Part shown: piece by piece, positions 40,502 through 50,689 of the stretch | Layout: every line of letters starts with the position of its first letter | Position numbering within the stretch: the stretch's first letter is position 1 | Assembly (NCBI GenBank): GCA_964291415.2 | Contig: OZ219918.1 | Location: 32,001 to 96,000 of the forward strand | DNA from: Alphaproteobacteria bacterium | Lineage (GTDB): Bacteria > Pseudomonadota > Alphaproteobacteria > SP197 | Reading direction: 5' to 3' | Length of the DNA stretch: 64,000 nucleotides | The notes under the pieces: generated by a model | Database searches by the model: none | Seen by the model: the letters and a program-made list of their open reading frames with translations, nothing else | Told to the model about the DNA's origin: nothing | Made by a program: the position numbers and the translations under genes

Positions 40502-42054
40502 TCATCGCGGAATCGCTCGACCTCCTCATGGTCGCCGTCCTGATGGGCGCGATCCTGGCGGGATATCCGGTCACCTTCACACTGTTCGGCGTGGCGTTCG
40601 CGTTTGCCCTCATCGGCGGGCTGACCGGGCAATTTGACAGCGGACTGCTCGGTGCCCTGGCCCAGCGAATCTACGGAATCATGACCAATTCGGTGCTGAT
40701 CGCCATTCCGATGTTCATCTTCATGGGTGCCGTGCTCGAGAAGAGCCGCATCGCCGAAGATCTGCTCACCAGGATGGGCACACTGTTTGGAACGGTGCAC
40801 GGCGGCCTTGCCGTTTCGGTGGTCCTGATCGGCGCGCTGCTCGCCGCCTCGACCGGAATCGTCGGCGCCACGGTCGTCGCCATCGGACTGATCGCGCTGC
40901 CGACGATGCTGCGCGCCGGTTACGACACGAGACTGGCGGCGGGGACCGTGACCACGGCCGGCACGCTGGGACAGATCATTCCTCCGTCGACCCTGCTCAT
41001 CATTCTCTCCGATGTCATGTCCAACGCCTACCAGCAGGCGCAGTTCGAAAAGGGCTCGTTCACGGTCAGCACCATCAGCGTTGGCCAGACCTTTGCCGCC
41101 ACCCTGCTTCCCGGACTGGTGCTTGTCGCACTCTACATCGTCTTCATCCTGGGCGTTGCCCGGCTCAGGCCATCCGCCGCGCCGCCGCTTGCCGAACCAC
41201 GGGGAGCCGCAGGTGACATTCTGAAGGTGCTCCTGCCGCCCATTCTCCTGATCGTCGCCGTTCTGGGGTCCATTCTCGGCGGTGTCGCCACCCCGACCGA
41301 GGCGGCGTCGGTCGGGGCCATCGGCGCGGTCCTGCTGGCGGCCTTCCGTTTGGGAAGCGCCCGTCTGAAGCGCTGGATCTTCATCGCCGGAGGTGCGTTT
41401 CTGACCCTGGCGCTCCTCGCCGGGCTGGCGCCCGTGCGCCTGCAGCGGCACGATCTCGAAGTCGGCGACTGGGCCCTCGGCGCCCTCGGAATCGCCCTTG
41501 CCGCCATCGCTCTCCCCGTGCTCGGCCGCTCCTTTCTTGTCACCGGACGCTCGGGCCACCTCGGCGGGGCCGCGACCGGCACGCTGACGATCAGCGCCAT
41601 GATCTTCGGCACCATCATCGGCGCCAGCGTTTTCGCCCTGGTGTTCCGTGGCCTCGGCGGCGATGACCGGATCGAGGAGCTGCTGTCTCTCATGCCCGGC
41701 GGCGCCGACGGCGCTCTCGTCTTCGTCATGATCCTGATCTTCCTCTTGGGCTTCATTCTCGACTTTGTCGAAATCTCGGTGATCCTGCTTCCCATCGTCG
41801 CGCCGGCGCTCATTCTCATGGGGCATGATCCGATCTGGCTCTCGGTCCTCATCGCCATCAACCTGCAGACGAGCTTCCTGACGCCGCCCTTCGGCTTCTC
41901 CCTCTTCTACCTGCGCGGCGCGGCGCCGCCGGAAGTCACCACAGGCGCGATCTACAGCGGCGTCCTCCCGTTCATCGGCCTGCAGGCCCTTGGCGTCGCT
42001 GCGGTCTGGTTCATGCCATCCCTGGCGACCGCGCTTCCCGATTGGCTTTTCTGA
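40498..42054 (+). CDS. TRAP transporter large permease (DctM)
   Basis: GTLGQIIPPS, ATPTEAA, NLQTSFLTPPFG. Confidence 0.93.
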   Translation: MIIAESLDLLMVAVLMGAILAGYPVTFTLFGVAFAFALIGGLTGQFDSGLLGALAQRIYGIMTNSVLIAIPMFIFMGAVLEKSRIAEDLLTRMGTLFGTVHGGLAVSVVLIGALLAASTGIVGATVVAIGLIALPTMLRAGYDTRLAAGTVTTAGTLGQIIPPSTLLIILSDVMSNAYQQAQFEKGSFTVSTISVGQTFAATLLPGLVLVALYIVFILGVARLRPSAAPPLAEPRGAAGDILKVLLPPILLIVAVLGSILGGVATPTEAASVGAIGAVLLAAFRLGSARLKRWIFIAGGAFLTLALLAGLAPVRLQRHDLEVGDWALGALGIALAAIALPVLGRSFLVTGRSGHLGGAATGTLTISAMIFGTIIGASVFALVFRGLGGDDRIEELLSLMPGGADGALVFVMILIFLLGFILDFVEISVILLPIVAPALILMGHDPIWLSVLIAINLQTSFLTPPFGFSLFYLRGAAPPEVTTGAIYSGVLPFIGLQALGVAAVWFMPSLATALPDWLF

Positions 42055-42615
42055 TGGATTCCAGGGCGGCCGCGCCCCCTGGTGCCGACAGGGCCTACCA
42101 CGAGACTATGCCGGTGCGTTTCGAAGAGAATCCGGCAAGAGTGAACGAGCGCTGACAGTCCGAGAAGCGCCCTGTCGTGGCGGCGCTGAACGGCTTCGAC
42201 GAGGGAGTTCAGGCTGGCGTGGCAGGGCCTCCAACGGTACCCCAGGCGTCCGGCGGTTTACCTCGAGGTCAAGCGGTACCCCGTCGAAGCCAGCACGAGA
42301 GCGGCATAACTCGTGGTCCCTTCCGGATGGAAAGGCAGACCGTCGGGATGGCGTGACCAGGTTGCGCGGGTGTCGCTTGCGCCAGATGCTGCGAGTCGAT
42401 CGAAGTTCCGGTCGGTATCGGGAATCATGCGGCCCGCGGCATTCGCTGGTTGGTCGAGTTCCGCCGGTATCCCCAATCCCCCTGCGGCATGCCGGCGACA
42501 AGTGGGCCCTTGCCTTCGACGAGACGGAAGGTGACAGCGACGTTGATGCGCTTCCCCCGGGCGAACGCCCTTGATCTTCGCCGCCGAAGTTGCACATCCT
42601 GCGCCAGCGGAATGA

Positions 42616-44289
42616 ATGAGAGATCACGTCATGCGACACGCGCCCAATGCGCCTGTTCTGGCTCCGCGAGGGCTGGAACTCAACACCAAGGGCTGGCCCC
42701 AGGAGACCGCTTACCGGTTGCTGATGAACAACCTGGAAGTGGCCGAGGACTGGAAGCGGCTCATCGTCTACGGCGGTCGTGGCAAGGCGGCGCGCGACTG
42801 GGACTCCTATTTCCGCATCGTCGAGATGCTCGAGACCCTCGAAGGCGACGAAACCCTTGTCGTGCAGTCGGGCAAACCGGTCGCCATCTGGCCGACCCAC
42901 GAGTGGGCGCCTCGTGTGCTGATCTCGAATTCCATGCTGGTGCCTCACTGGAGCACGCTCGAGCACTTCAACGAACTCGAGGCCAAGGGCCTCATGATGT
43001 ACGGGCAGATGACGGCGGGCTCATGGTGCAACATCGGGTCCCAGGGCATCGTCCAGGGGACCTACGAGACCTTCGCCACGCTTGCCAAGATGAAGTTCGG
43101 CGGCACGCTGAAAGGGCGCGTCACGATCACCGGCGGTCTCGGCATGTTCAGTGGCATCATGCCGCACTGCATCACGCTCAACGGCGGTGTGAGTATCGGT
43201 GTCGAGATTGATCCGGAAAGAATAGCCCGCCGCCTCGAACTGGGCTTCGTCCACGAGGTCCTGGATGATCCGGCCATTGCGTTGCAGAGGGCGAGGGACT
43301 GTGCCGAGCGGGGTGAGGCACGCGCCTTCGCCCTTCACGGCAACATGTCCGATGTCCTGAACGGGTACCTTGAACAGAATGTTCCCTTCGACATCGTGAC
43401 GGACCAGACGTCGGCCCACGACATGCTGGAAGGTTATGTTCCCGGCGGCATGGCGCTCGCCGAGGCGCTGGAGCTGCGCCAGAAGGATCCCGCCACCTAC
43501 ATCGAACGGGCCCGCTCGACGGCGGTCCGCCAGGTCCGCGCCATGGTCGAATACCAGAGACGCGGCGCCATGGTGTTCGACTACGGCAACAACATCCGCC
43601 AGGAAGCCTACAACCACGGCTACAAGGACGCCTTCGCCTTCCCGGGGTTCGTGGAAGCGTTCATCCGCCCGCTGTTTTGCGTCGGGCGGGGACCGTTCCG
43701 CTGGATCTGCCTGTCGGGAGAGGAAAGCGACCTGCGCAAGACCGAAGAGGTCGCCCTTGACGAGTTTGGCGATGACGAGGTGTTCGCCAACTGGGTGCGC
43801 CTTGCGTCCGAACACCAGCCCATCGAAGGCCTGCCGGCGCGCCTCGGATACCTGGGATTCGGCCAGCGTGCCCGCTTCGGAAAGCTGCTCAACGACATGG
43901 TGCGCTCGGGCGAGCTTGCCGGGCCTGTGGCGATGAGCCGCGACCATCTTGACACCGGCTCCGTCGCGTCACCGAACAGGGAAACGGAAGGCATGATGGA
44001 CGGCAGCGATGCGGTGGCCGACTGGCCCATCCTCAACGCCCTCCTCAACACCGCCTGCGGCGCAACCTACGTGGCGGTCCACAACGGCGGCGGCGTGGGC
44101 ATCGGCTATGCGACCCATGCCGGACTGGTGGTTCTGGCCGACGGCACAGACCTCGCCGAACGCAAGATCGAGCGCTGCCTCGCCGTGGATCCGGGCATGG
44201 GGATTGTCCGCCACGCCGATGCCGGCTACGAGCTGGCGAAAGATGCCGCGCGCAGACATGGCATTCGCATGCCCATGCTCGATGCCTGA
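42616..44289 (+). CDS. hutU: Urocanate hydratase
   Basis: LIVYGGRGKAARDW, MYGQMTAGSW, TDQTSAHD, RDHLDTGSVASPNRETE. Confidence 0.96.
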   Translation: MRDHVMRHAPNAPVLAPRGLELNTKGWPQETAYRLLMNNLEVAEDWKRLIVYGGRGKAARDWDSYFRIVEMLETLEGDETLVVQSGKPVAIWPTHEWAPRVLISNSMLVPHWSTLEHFNELEAKGLMMYGQMTAGSWCNIGSQGIVQGTYETFATLAKMKFGGTLKGRVTITGGLGMFSGIMPHCITLNGGVSIGVEIDPERIARRLELGFVHEVLDDPAIALQRARDCAERGEARAFALHGNMSDVLNGYLEQNVPFDIVTDQTSAHDMLEGYVPGGMALAEALELRQKDPATYIERARSTAVRQVRAMVEYQRRGAMVFDYGNNIRQEAYNHGYKDAFAFPGFVEAFIRPLFCVGRGPFRWICLSGEESDLRKTEEVALDEFGDDEVFANWVRLASEHQPIEGLPARLGYLGFGQRARFGKLLNDMVRSGELAGPVAMSRDHLDTGSVASPNRETEGMMDGSDAVADWPILNALLNTACGATYVAVHNGGGVGIGYATHAGLVVLADGTDLAERKIERCLAVDPGMGIVRHADAGYELAKDAARRHGIRMPMLDA

Positions 44290-44345
44290 AACCCTTTGGC
44301 AGGCGGGTCGTCGGGAGCGATGGTCCTCTGTTGCTTGGCGCCGGA

Positions 44346-45569
44346 CTACAGCAACGCTGTCTCGAAGGGCATGTCGGAGAGGAGCTCGACGCCATCGTCG
44401 GTCACGAGAACCTGCTGTTCGAGCTTGACTCCCTCCTTCCCGCCGGGCTTGCCGGCGTAGCTTTCGATGCAGAAGACCATGCCGGCCTCGACCATGCCGT
44501 TGTGACCGGCCTCCCTGTGGCGGGAGGCGTGGAGGACGATCGGGTACTCGTTGACGAGACCGACGCCGTGGGCGACGGCCGGAATCTGGTACTCCGAGAA
44601 GCTCCCCGGCAGGGCGTAGGCCCTTTCGGCGATCTCGTCGAATGTCGCTCCGGGGCGGAAGAGCTCCTGGTTTCGCATCACCTGTTCGAAGGCAAGGCCG
44701 TAGAGCGTCTTTTGCTCCCCGGTCGGCGGCTTGCCGTCGACGATCCAGCTGCGCGAGATGTCTGCCGAATATCCCATCGGACCGATGAGATCGGAATCCA
44801 GGCTCACCATGTCGCCTGCCTCGACACGGCGATTCGATGCCTCCTGATACCAGGGGTTGGTGCGCGGGCCGGAACTGAAGAGCCTTGTCTCGATCCACTC
44901 CCCGCCCAATCGGATGTTCGTCTCGTGCAGGACCGACCAGATCGCGTTCTCGGTCATGCCGGGCTCGGTCGCCTCCATCATGCCCGCGATGCCTCTCTGG
45001 CAGACGACAACCGCGTCGCGCAGGGCATCGACTTCTTCAGGCGTCTTGATGCGGCGCGCGCGCTCCGCCACCTCCCGCCCGTCGACGATCGTGCATCCGG
45101 CCTCCCGCAGGAGGTCCAGTCCTTGAGGATCGGCACGGTCAATGGCAATGCGCCGGTTGCCGGCGCCATGCGCCGCCACCAGGTCGAGGATCTGCGCTGC
45201 CCAGACTCCGGCATTCTCTCCGGTTCTGGGACCTGAGACACTGAAGTACCACGGGACGGCGTTGCGGACCTCGTTCACGGCAACGCAGTTCCCGGAGAGA
45301 TGCCCGCAGCCCTTGAACTCGAAGAGCGTGACGGGCCCCTCCACCGGCACGAGGACATACCGGCAGGGATTGTGAAGGGCGTAGACCTGCATGTTCGAGG
45401 TGCCGGTGGCGTAGCGGATGTTGACCGGGTCATAGAAAAGACCGGCTCCGCAGTCGGCCCGCGCGATTTCGCTTCTCAGGCGGGCGAGCCTGCCGAGATC
45501 CAGACGCTCGCGCCATTCCTGTCCGCGCTCCGGCAGCAGGTGGGCATCCGTTGTCCGGGTGTCGTGCAT
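44346..45569 (-). CDS. M24 peptidase family protein, DddP (DMSP lyase)-like
   Basis: DPVNIRYAT, GGEWIETRL, GPRTNPWYQE, DSDLIG, ADISR, HGVG, EGVKLE. Confidence 0.8.
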   Translation of the reverse strand: MHDTRTTDAHLLPERGQEWRERLDLGRLARLRSEIARADCGAGLFYDPVNIRYATGTSNMQVYALHNPCRYVLVPVEGPVTLFEFKGCGHLSGNCVAVNEVRNAVPWYFSVSGPRTGENAGVWAAQILDLVAAHGAGNRRIAIDRADPQGLDLLREAGCTIVDGREVAERARRIKTPEEVDALRDAVVVCQRGIAGMMEATEPGMTENAIWSVLHETNIRLGGEWIETRLFSSGPRTNPWYQEASNRRVEAGDMVSLDSDLIGPMGYSADISRSWIVDGKPPTGEQKTLYGLAFEQVMRNQELFRPGATFDEIAERAYALPGSFSEYQIPAVAHGVGLVNEYPIVLHASRHREAGHNGMVEAGMVFCIESYAGKPGGKEGVKLEQQVLVTDDGVELLSDMPFETALL

Positions 45570-45733
45570 GGCGACCATCAAGCATGCTCCGTGACGTTGC
45601 GCAACCCTCCCTTGCGTCGGGCTGCGCCGACGCCAGGTCCGGGGTGGCGGGAGACCGTCAAGCGGTGGTATGGAGACCCATGCCTCCGGTGGTTCCCGGA
45701 GGGTGATCGCAAGAACAAGGGAGACCTGAAGCC

Positions 45734-47038
45734 ATGGCCGACACACGGGACGCCATCGTGATCGGAGCGGGAATCATCGGTGCCAGCGTGGCGCGTGAAC
45801 TGGCCGCCAGGGGCATGAATGTTCTGGCCATCGACCGTCTGCCGGCGGCGAGCTACGGCTCGACCGCCAATTCCTGCGCGATCGTCCGCCCCTACTACTC
45901 CACGGTGCACGGATCGGCCGTTGCCTACGAGAGCCACTTCTACTGGTCCGACTGGGAGAACTACTGCGGGGTCGTCGATGAACGCGGCATGGCGCGATAC
46001 CACGACGTCGGCTGCATGATCATGAAGACGCGGCAGAACAACTTCCTCGAGAACATCCTCAAGGTCATGGACGAGATCGGCTGCCCTTACCAGGAACTCA
46101 CGCCCGAGGAGGTCCGCCAGCGCATGCCGTCCGTCTCGACGGCGTGCTTCGGGGAACCGCGCCGCACGGATGACCCGGATTTCGGCGAGTCCCTTGGCCG
46201 CGAGGTCGCCGGCGCTGTCCATTTCCCGTGCGGCGGGTACATCTCGGATCCGCAGCTTGCCGGTCACAACGTCCAGAGGGCCGCGGAAAAACGCGGCGCG
46301 ACGTTCCGATTCAACACCACCGTGACCGCCATCCGCCGCGACAACGGCCGTGTGACGGGTGTCACCCTCGACGGTGGCGAGGAGATCGATGCGCCCGTGG
46401 TGGTCAACGTCGCCGGCCCTCACTCGTCGAAGGTCAACGAGATGGCGGGCCTTGCCGGCACCATGCGCATCACGACCCGCGCCCTGCGCCACGAGGTCGC
46501 CCATGTCCCGGCGCCGGACAACTACGATTCCAGCGTCAGCCACGTCTTTTCGGACAGCGAGATCGGCACCTATTGCCGCCCCGAGACGGGCAATCACATT
46601 CTCATCGGCAGCGAGGATCCGTCCTGCGACGACAAGGAATGGGTTGACCCGGATGACTATCTCCAGGAGTTCACGGGCATGTGGACGACCCTCGTCATGC
46701 GCCAGGCGCAGCGTTTCCCGGAACTGAAGATTCCGGGTTCCGCGGCAAGGGGCGCGGTCGATCTCTACGATGTCACCGAGGACTGGGGACCCATCTACGA
46801 CAAGTCGGACCTCGGCGGCTTCTACCTGGCGATCGGCACCAGCGGCAACCAGTTCAAGAACGCGCCCATCGCCGGCGAGATGATGGCGACCCTGATCGCG
46901 GCCTGCGAGGACGGCCAGGACCATGACGTCGATCCGGTGAGCTTCCATCTCCCGCACATCGATCGCGATGTCGACATCTCCTTCTTCTCGCGCAACCGGG
47001 AGATCAACCGGAACAGTTCCTTCACCGTTCTGGGATAG
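45734..47038 (+). CDS. FAD-dependent oxidoreductase (DAO/sarcosine oxidase beta-like)
   Basis: IGAGIIG, YDVTEDWGPIYD, GTSGNQFKNAP. Confidence 0.88.
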   Translation: MADTRDAIVIGAGIIGASVARELAARGMNVLAIDRLPAASYGSTANSCAIVRPYYSTVHGSAVAYESHFYWSDWENYCGVVDERGMARYHDVGCMIMKTRQNNFLENILKVMDEIGCPYQELTPEEVRQRMPSVSTACFGEPRRTDDPDFGESLGREVAGAVHFPCGGYISDPQLAGHNVQRAAEKRGATFRFNTTVTAIRRDNGRVTGVTLDGGEEIDAPVVVNVAGPHSSKVNEMAGLAGTMRITTRALRHEVAHVPAPDNYDSSVSHVFSDSEIGTYCRPETGNHILIGSEDPSCDDKEWVDPDDYLQEFTGMWTTLVMRQAQRFPELKIPGSAARGAVDLYDVTEDWGPIYDKSDLGGFYLAIGTSGNQFKNAPIAGEMMATLIAACEDGQDHDVDPVSFHLPHIDRDVDISFFSRNREINRNSSFTVLG

Positions 47039-47044
47039 CAGCCG

Positions 47045-49459
47045 ATGCAGTCCCATGCGCGCGTAGCCGTCATCGGCGGCGGCGTTGTCGGGTGCAGTGT
47101 CCTCTATCACCTGACGAAGTTCGGCTGGACCGATGTCATGCTCATCGAGCGCTCGGATCTGACATCGGGCTCGACGTGGCATGCGGCGGGTGGGTTCCAC
47201 ACGCTGAACGCGGACCCCAACATGGCGGCCCTGCAGGGCTACACCATCCGCCTCTATCGCGAACTCGAGGAGATCACCGGCCTGTCCTGCGGCCTCCACC
47301 ATGTCGGTGGCCTGACCATCGCCGAATCACCCGACAGGATGGATTTCCTCAAGGCCGAACGGGCCAAGCACCGTCACATGGGGCTCGAAACCGAAATCGT
47401 CGGCCCCGGCGAGATCGCCGACTACACCCCCATCATCAATACCGACGGACTTCTCGGGGCGCTCTGGGATCCCCTCGACGGACACCTCGACCCTTCAGGC
47501 ACGACTCATGCCTATGCCCGTGCGGCGAGGATGGCCGGGGCCGACATCTCGCTCCACAACCGCGTGCTCGAACTGAACCAGAGAAACGACGGCCACTGGG
47601 ATGTCGTCACCGAGAAGGGATCCGTCGTTGCCGAACATGTCGTCAACGCTGCCGGACTGTGGGCCCGCGAAGTGGGCATGATGGCGGGTGTCCGCCTGCC
47701 TCTCCACCCGCTCGAGCACCAGTACCTCGTCACCGGCGACATCGAGGAGGTCTACGGGCACGGCAAGGAACTTCCCCATGTCATGGATCCGGCAGGAGAA
47801 AGCTACCTCCGGCAGGAAGGCCGGGGTCTCGTCATCGGCATCTACGAGCAGGCCTGCCGGCACTGGGCCGTCGACGGCACGTCCTGGGATTTCGGACACG
47901 AGCTTCTCGCCGATGACGTCGACCGCATCGCCGGGCCCCTGGAAACCGCCTACCAGCGGTATCCCGTGCTTCAGTCCGCCGGAATCAAGCGCATCATCAA
48001 CGGTCCCTTCACCTTCGCTCCCGATGGCAATCCCCTTCTCGGGAGGGTTCCGGGCGTTCCCGGATACTGGGCCTGCTGCGCCGTCATGGCCGGGTTCAGC
48101 CAGGCCGGAGGCGTCGGGCTGGCCCTGGCGGAGTGGATGATCGAAGGCGAGCCGTCGCGGGACATCTTCGCCATGGATGTGGCGCGTTTCGGAGACTGGA
48201 CGACGTCCGCCTGGACCCGCGCGAAGACCCGCGAGAACTATCAGCGGCGCTTTGCCATCGCCTATCCCAACGAGGAACTTCCCGCCGGCCGGCCCTTCCA
48301 TACGACGCCGGCCCACGGCATCTGGAAGGAGCGGCGGGCCGTCTTCGGCAGCGCCTTCGGCATGGAACATGTCAACTACTTCGCACCGCCAGGCGAGGCG
48401 CTCTACGAGACGCCGAGTTTCCGCCGCTCCAACGCCTTCGCCGCGACGGCCCGCGAATGCCGCGGCGTTCGCGAGGGCGTGGGCATCAACGAGATCCACA
48501 ACTTTTCGAAGTTCCGCGTCGAGGGAGAGGGTGCCGCAGCCTGGCTCGACCGCATCATGGCCGGGCGCGTTCCGAAGGAAGGACGGCTCACGCTGTCGCC
48601 GCTGCTCAACCACCGTGGCCGTCTGGCGGGAGACTTCACCATCGCCAGGGACGGGCCGGAGAGCTTCAGGGTGCAGGCGAGCTATGCCGCGCAGGATGCC
48701 CACATGCGCCTCTTTCTCGACCTCCTGCCCGAGCACGGGGTGACGGTCACCAACATCTCGCGCGATCTCGTCGGCTTCCAGATCGCCGGGCCGCGGGCAC
48801 GGGAACTGCTGCAGCGCACCACCGATGCCGATGTCTCAGGCAACGCCATGCCGTTCCGTTCCGTCCGCAGCATCGCCATCGGCATGGTCGAGGCCACCGT
48901 GCAGCGGGTGACCTACACCGGGGATCTCGGCTACGAGATCTACGTGCCGCCCGTCCTCCAGCGCGCCCTCTTCGAGACTCTCGAGGGCGAGAGCACCGGT
49001 CTCGGCCTCGTGCCCTTCGGCATGCGCGCCATGATGAGTCTCCGCCTGGAGAAGTCCTTCGGTTCGTGGCTGCGCGAGTACCGGCCCGACTACACCGCCG
49101 CCGAGACCGGTCTCGATCGCTTCATCGCCTTCGACAAGGAGGACTTCCCCGGCCGCGATGCGGCCTTGAGGGAAGCCGCGGAAGGACCCGGCCGACGGCT
49201 GGTGACGTTCGTTGTCGATGCCGCCGATGCCGACTGCGTCGCCGATGAGCCGGTGTGGAAGGACGGCAACGTCGTCGGTTTCGTCACGTCGGGGGGATAC
49301 GCCCACCACGTGGAGAAGTCCGTGGCGCTGGGTTTTGTGCCGGTCGACATGACCGAGACCGGGACCGAGTTCCAGATCGAGATCCTGGGCGACATGCGCC
49401 GCGCCACCATTGTCGACGCACCGCTCTTCGATCCATCCGGTTCGCGCATGCGCATGTAG
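47045..49459 (+). CDS. Dimethylglycine dehydrogenase-like GcvT family flavoprotein
   Basis: IGGGVVG, TSGSTWHAAG, TYTGDLGYEI, SLRLEK. Confidence 0.92.
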   Translation: MQSHARVAVIGGGVVGCSVLYHLTKFGWTDVMLIERSDLTSGSTWHAAGGFHTLNADPNMAALQGYTIRLYRELEEITGLSCGLHHVGGLTIAESPDRMDFLKAERAKHRHMGLETEIVGPGEIADYTPIINTDGLLGALWDPLDGHLDPSGTTHAYARAARMAGADISLHNRVLELNQRNDGHWDVVTEKGSVVAEHVVNAAGLWAREVGMMAGVRLPLHPLEHQYLVTGDIEEVYGHGKELPHVMDPAGESYLRQEGRGLVIGIYEQACRHWAVDGTSWDFGHELLADDVDRIAGPLETAYQRYPVLQSAGIKRIINGPFTFAPDGNPLLGRVPGVPGYWACCAVMAGFSQAGGVGLALAEWMIEGEPSRDIFAMDVARFGDWTTSAWTRAKTRENYQRRFAIAYPNEELPAGRPFHTTPAHGIWKERRAVFGSAFGMEHVNYFAPPGEALYETPSFRRSNAFAATARECRGVREGVGINEIHNFSKFRVEGEGAAAWLDRIMAGRVPKEGRLTLSPLLNHRGRLAGDFTIARDGPESFRVQASYAAQDAHMRLFLDLLPEHGVTVTNISRDLVGFQIAGPRARELLQRTTDADVSGNAMPFRSVRSIAIGMVEATVQRVTYTGDLGYEIYVPPVLQRALFETLEGESTGLGLVPFGMRAMMSLRLEKSFGSWLREYRPDYTAAETGLDRFIAFDKEDFPGRDAALREAAEGPGRRLVTFVVDAADADCVADEPVWKDGNVVGFVTSGGYAHHVEKSVALGFVPVDMTETGTEFQIEILGDMRRATIVDAPLFDPSGSRMRM

Positions 49460-49553
49460 GTCCCGGTCCGGCAACACAACTTTACACGCGCGCAACATTC
49501 GGGACATCGGCGGCGCCCATGATGTGTTTCATCACTGAAAGAAGGCCCGACCC

Positions 49554-50006
49554 ATGACCGACATGACTGGGAAACCCCGCCGCCGCCGCTGGTGGATCGC
49601 CGGAGCCATCGCCCTGGCCGTTATCGTGGCCGCAGGTGCCGTCGCGTTCTCGTTCCACGGCCACGGGATTGAACGATTTGCGGAAAAACGCATCGATCGC
49701 ATGCTGGACAAGGTCGATGCCAGCGACGACCAGCGTGCCGAGGTGAAAGGCATTGTCGGCGAGGCGGTTGCCGACATGAAGGAACTGCGCGGCCTCTTCC
49801 GGGAGAGCCGGCAGACCCTGCTCGCCACCCTCGGGGCGGAGACCGTTGACCGCCAGGCCCTGGAGGAGCTGCGCCTGGCGAAGCTGGAGACCCTGGATCA
49901 GGCCAGCAGGCGTCTCGTCACCGCCCTTGCCGATATGGCGGATGTCCTCACACCCGAACAGCGCCGCGAACTCGTCCAGTACATGCAACGCCACGAGCGT
50001 CCATGA
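49554..50006 (+). CDS. Spy/CpxP family periplasmic protein
   Basis: Signal/TM segment, helical body, VLTPEQR motif. Confidence 0.85.
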   Translation: MTDMTGKPRRRRWWIAGAIALAVIVAAGAVAFSFHGHGIERFAEKRIDRMLDKVDASDDQRAEVKGIVGEAVADMKELRGLFRESRQTLLATLGAETVDRQALEELRLAKLETLDQASRRLVTALADMADVLTPEQRRELVQYMQRHERP

Positions 50007-50689
50007 CACACCTGCTGATGATCGAGGACGACCGTGATCTTGCCTCGATGGTGACGGTCTATCTTGCCCGGGCGGGCATGACCCTGGAACATCACGCCAG
50101 CGCTGCCAGGGGCCTTGCCGCCGCCGCAAGGGGCGGATTCGATGCGGTCATCCTCGATCTCATGCTACCCGATGCCGACGGACTCGATGTGTGCCGGGCC
50201 ATCCGGGCGCGCTCGGACGTTCCCGTCCTGATGCTGACAGCCCGCGGCGCGGAGGAGGATCGTATCGTCGGCCTCGAGATCGGTGCCGACGACTATCTCG
50301 CCAAGCCCTTCAATCCGCGCGAGCTTCTGGCACGCCTGCGCGCCATCCTGCGCCGGCGCACGTCGACTCCCGACATCATGCGGTTCGGCCGCCTGGTGAT
50401 CGACCGGTCGACACGAACCGTGACCCTCGGCGGCGAGGAACGGGCGCTGACGGGTCATCAGTTCGACCTCCTCGTCGCCCTGGCAGGGAATGCGGGACGC
50501 GTGCTGAGCCGTGATCAGCTCATGGAAAGGGTGAGGGGCACGTCTCTCGAGGCCTTCGACCGGAGCATCGATGTGCATGTCTCGAGAATCAGGGCGGCGA
50601 TCGAGGATGACCCGGGCAATCCGCGACGGATCGTCACGTTGCGCGGCGCCGGGTATCTGTTCACCGACCACCGGGACGCAGAAGGGTGA
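50003..50689 (+). CDS. OmpR/CpxR family response regulator
   Basis: LDLMLP, GADDYLAKPF, DRSIDVHVSRIR. Confidence 0.95.
   Translation: MTHLLMIEDDRDLASMVTVYLARAGMTLEHHASAARGLAAAARGGFDAVILDLMLPDADGLDVCRAIRARSDVPVLMLTARGAEEDRIVGLEIGADDYLAKPFNPRELLARLRAILRRRTSTPDIMRFGRLVIDRSTRTVTLGGEERALTGHQFDLLVALAGNAGRVLSRDQLMERVRGTSLEAFDRSIDVHVSRIRAAIEDDPGNPRRIVTLRGAGYLFTDHRDAEG

Noticed and set aside
42055-42615. Long intergenic region before hutU as ncRNA or pseudogene
   Set aside because: No recognisable motif, repeats or protein similarity in any frame.
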